64,000 bases of DNA from Mobula hypostoma (Eukaryota). A program made the translations under genes and the position numbers. Where the stretch lies: contig NC_086097.1 in NCBI RefSeq assembly GCF_963921235.1, positions 62,436,001-62,500,000 on the forward strand. The letters are read 5' to 3'. This document shows, piece by piece, positions 62,480-64,000 of this stretch. The notes below the pieces were generated by a model, which searched no databases, was not told the DNA's origin, and was given only the letters and a program-made list of their open reading frames with translations. Position 1 is the stretch's first letter; each line of letters opens with the position of its first letter.

Positions 62480-62965
62480 AATCCATATCATGAACATCAG
62501 GAAGGGGAAGTCAGGAGAACAAACACTGTTCATCATTGAGAGGTCTGCAATGGAAAGGGTGAACAGCTTCAAATTCCTGAGCATCAACACCTTAAGAGGA
62601 CCGATCCTGGGCACAACACATTGATGCAATCTTGAAGAAGGAAGTCCAGCTTCATTAACTTTATTTGGAGCTTGAGGAGATTTTGCATGTTACCAAAGAC
62701 ACTAGCGAGTTTCTGCTGAAAAGCATTCTGAATGGCTGCATCACCGCTCGCTATGGAAGCTCCAATGTGCAGAACCAAGAATGAGCAAAAATCAAGGCAG
62801 TTTTGAAAGGGAATGCCTCAAGAAGGTGGCATCCACCATTAAGGGCCTTCACCATCTGAAACATGCCCGCTTCTCATTTCTACCATCAGAGAGAAAGTAA
62901 AGGAGCCTGAAAACTCACACCAAGCATGTTAGGAACAGCTCCTTCTCCTCAACCATCAGATTTTT
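62480..62965 (+). mobile_element. Decayed Rex/Babar fragment
   Basis: ERVNSFKFL..LRRF..ESILNGCIT..RNSSF. Confidence 0.75.
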
Positions 62966-63924
62966 TTATAGCGCAGAACAATCATGGTGAATAAAGGGAT
63001 GAATAGGGTCTATAATCGCTTACACTTAGCAAAGTAAATCATATTAGTAGCAATTTGGCAGCCACCTTATATTGAACAGTATATTGGGCTTCTATTTGCT
63101 GTCAGAAAATGTAGCATTACCACCAAAGAGCAACCTCCACTCCACCGATCTTTCCTTACATTAAAATAATACGGTGCAGTTTTCTCTGCATACGCTTTTT
63201 CTCTCTTTATGGCAGTGCCTTTTATGAAAAGCTTTTTTTGCCATCTCTCCAATGGCGTAATAAACAATATCATAGACTGCAATTCATTGTTACAGAGAGC
63301 TGTATTTATTAACCTCTGCCAACTAAATGAATGCAGTAGCATTGTTTAGTTGATTAATTGCATGTTAGCAGATATCACTTTGGTTTTCACTGGCAGTTCC
63401 ACAGTTCTGTGCTCACAGCCATTGAAGTACCATATATAAATATAGAAGGAATTAAATGAACAATTCATATCAACAACAAAAACAAGAGGTTGTTTCGTTA
63501 ACCCATAAATCTTCTGTTATTTTGAAAATGCAACTCTTGATTGATAATAATGAAAAGCAAACATCTTTTGTTTATTCTGTTTGGTCTACAGTACTTAACG
63601 ACATCTTTTGTTAACTCTTACTCATTCTCTGCCCCAGTAAACTGCTTCATCACAATTAAATACAATTCAATAGACACAAGCATCTGTGTTTCATTCTTAA
63701 TCAGATTATTCTTAGACTATCAAATGATTTTTTAAGTATATCGAAGTTTCCTGATCTAAGGATTATATCCAAAAAAATACATTACTAACTCCACAATTTA
63801 AAGCAGTTTGCATCATTTGGTTATCTCATCCTTGGCATTGAAAATCCAGCATTATTGCTAAGGGACAATTGAACCGATGTTACTCAAATTTACATGTAAA
63901 ATAACGACAAAGGAAAGATATAAT

Positions 63925-64000
63925 AAGACCATAAGACATGGTAACAGAATTAGGCCATTCAGCCCATCAAGGCTGCTCCCCAATTCCATCATGGTTAATT
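63925..64000 (-). mobile_element. CR1 3' end, continuing beyond the window
   Basis: ataagaccataagac..aattaggccattcagcccatc is the reverse-strand CR1 3'UTR. Confidence 0.75.

Overview
Vertebrate intergenic or intronic DNA made almost entirely of decayed transposable elements. The repeat mix (CR1, Rex/Babar, L1/Tx1, L2 and RTE-type LINEs, V-SINE and Deu-type SINEs, Penelope-like elements, Gypsy LTR elements, Tc1/Tigger/hAT derivatives) suggests a cartilaginous fish, probably a ray (inference). I found no intact host gene, RNA gene or CRISPR array, and nearly all ORFs in the track are TE remnants or antisense noise. Highlights: (1) a decayed minus-strand Gypsy element whose RT-RH-IN region is replaced by an intronless fragment of host RBM25 mRNA; (2) three palindromic Penelope-like insertions (about 1450, 196 and 149 bp) with the same geometry and 13-16 bp target-site duplications, carrying minimal hammerhead ribozymes, one with an intact core; (3) repeated templated copies of neighbouring DNA at LINE 5' junctions; (4) a young hAT element carrying unrelated CpG-rich cargo; (5) a complete Gypsy provirus and a near full-length CR1. 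All family and gene calls are by eye from recalled motifs, not database searches. Coordinates of old elements are approximate.
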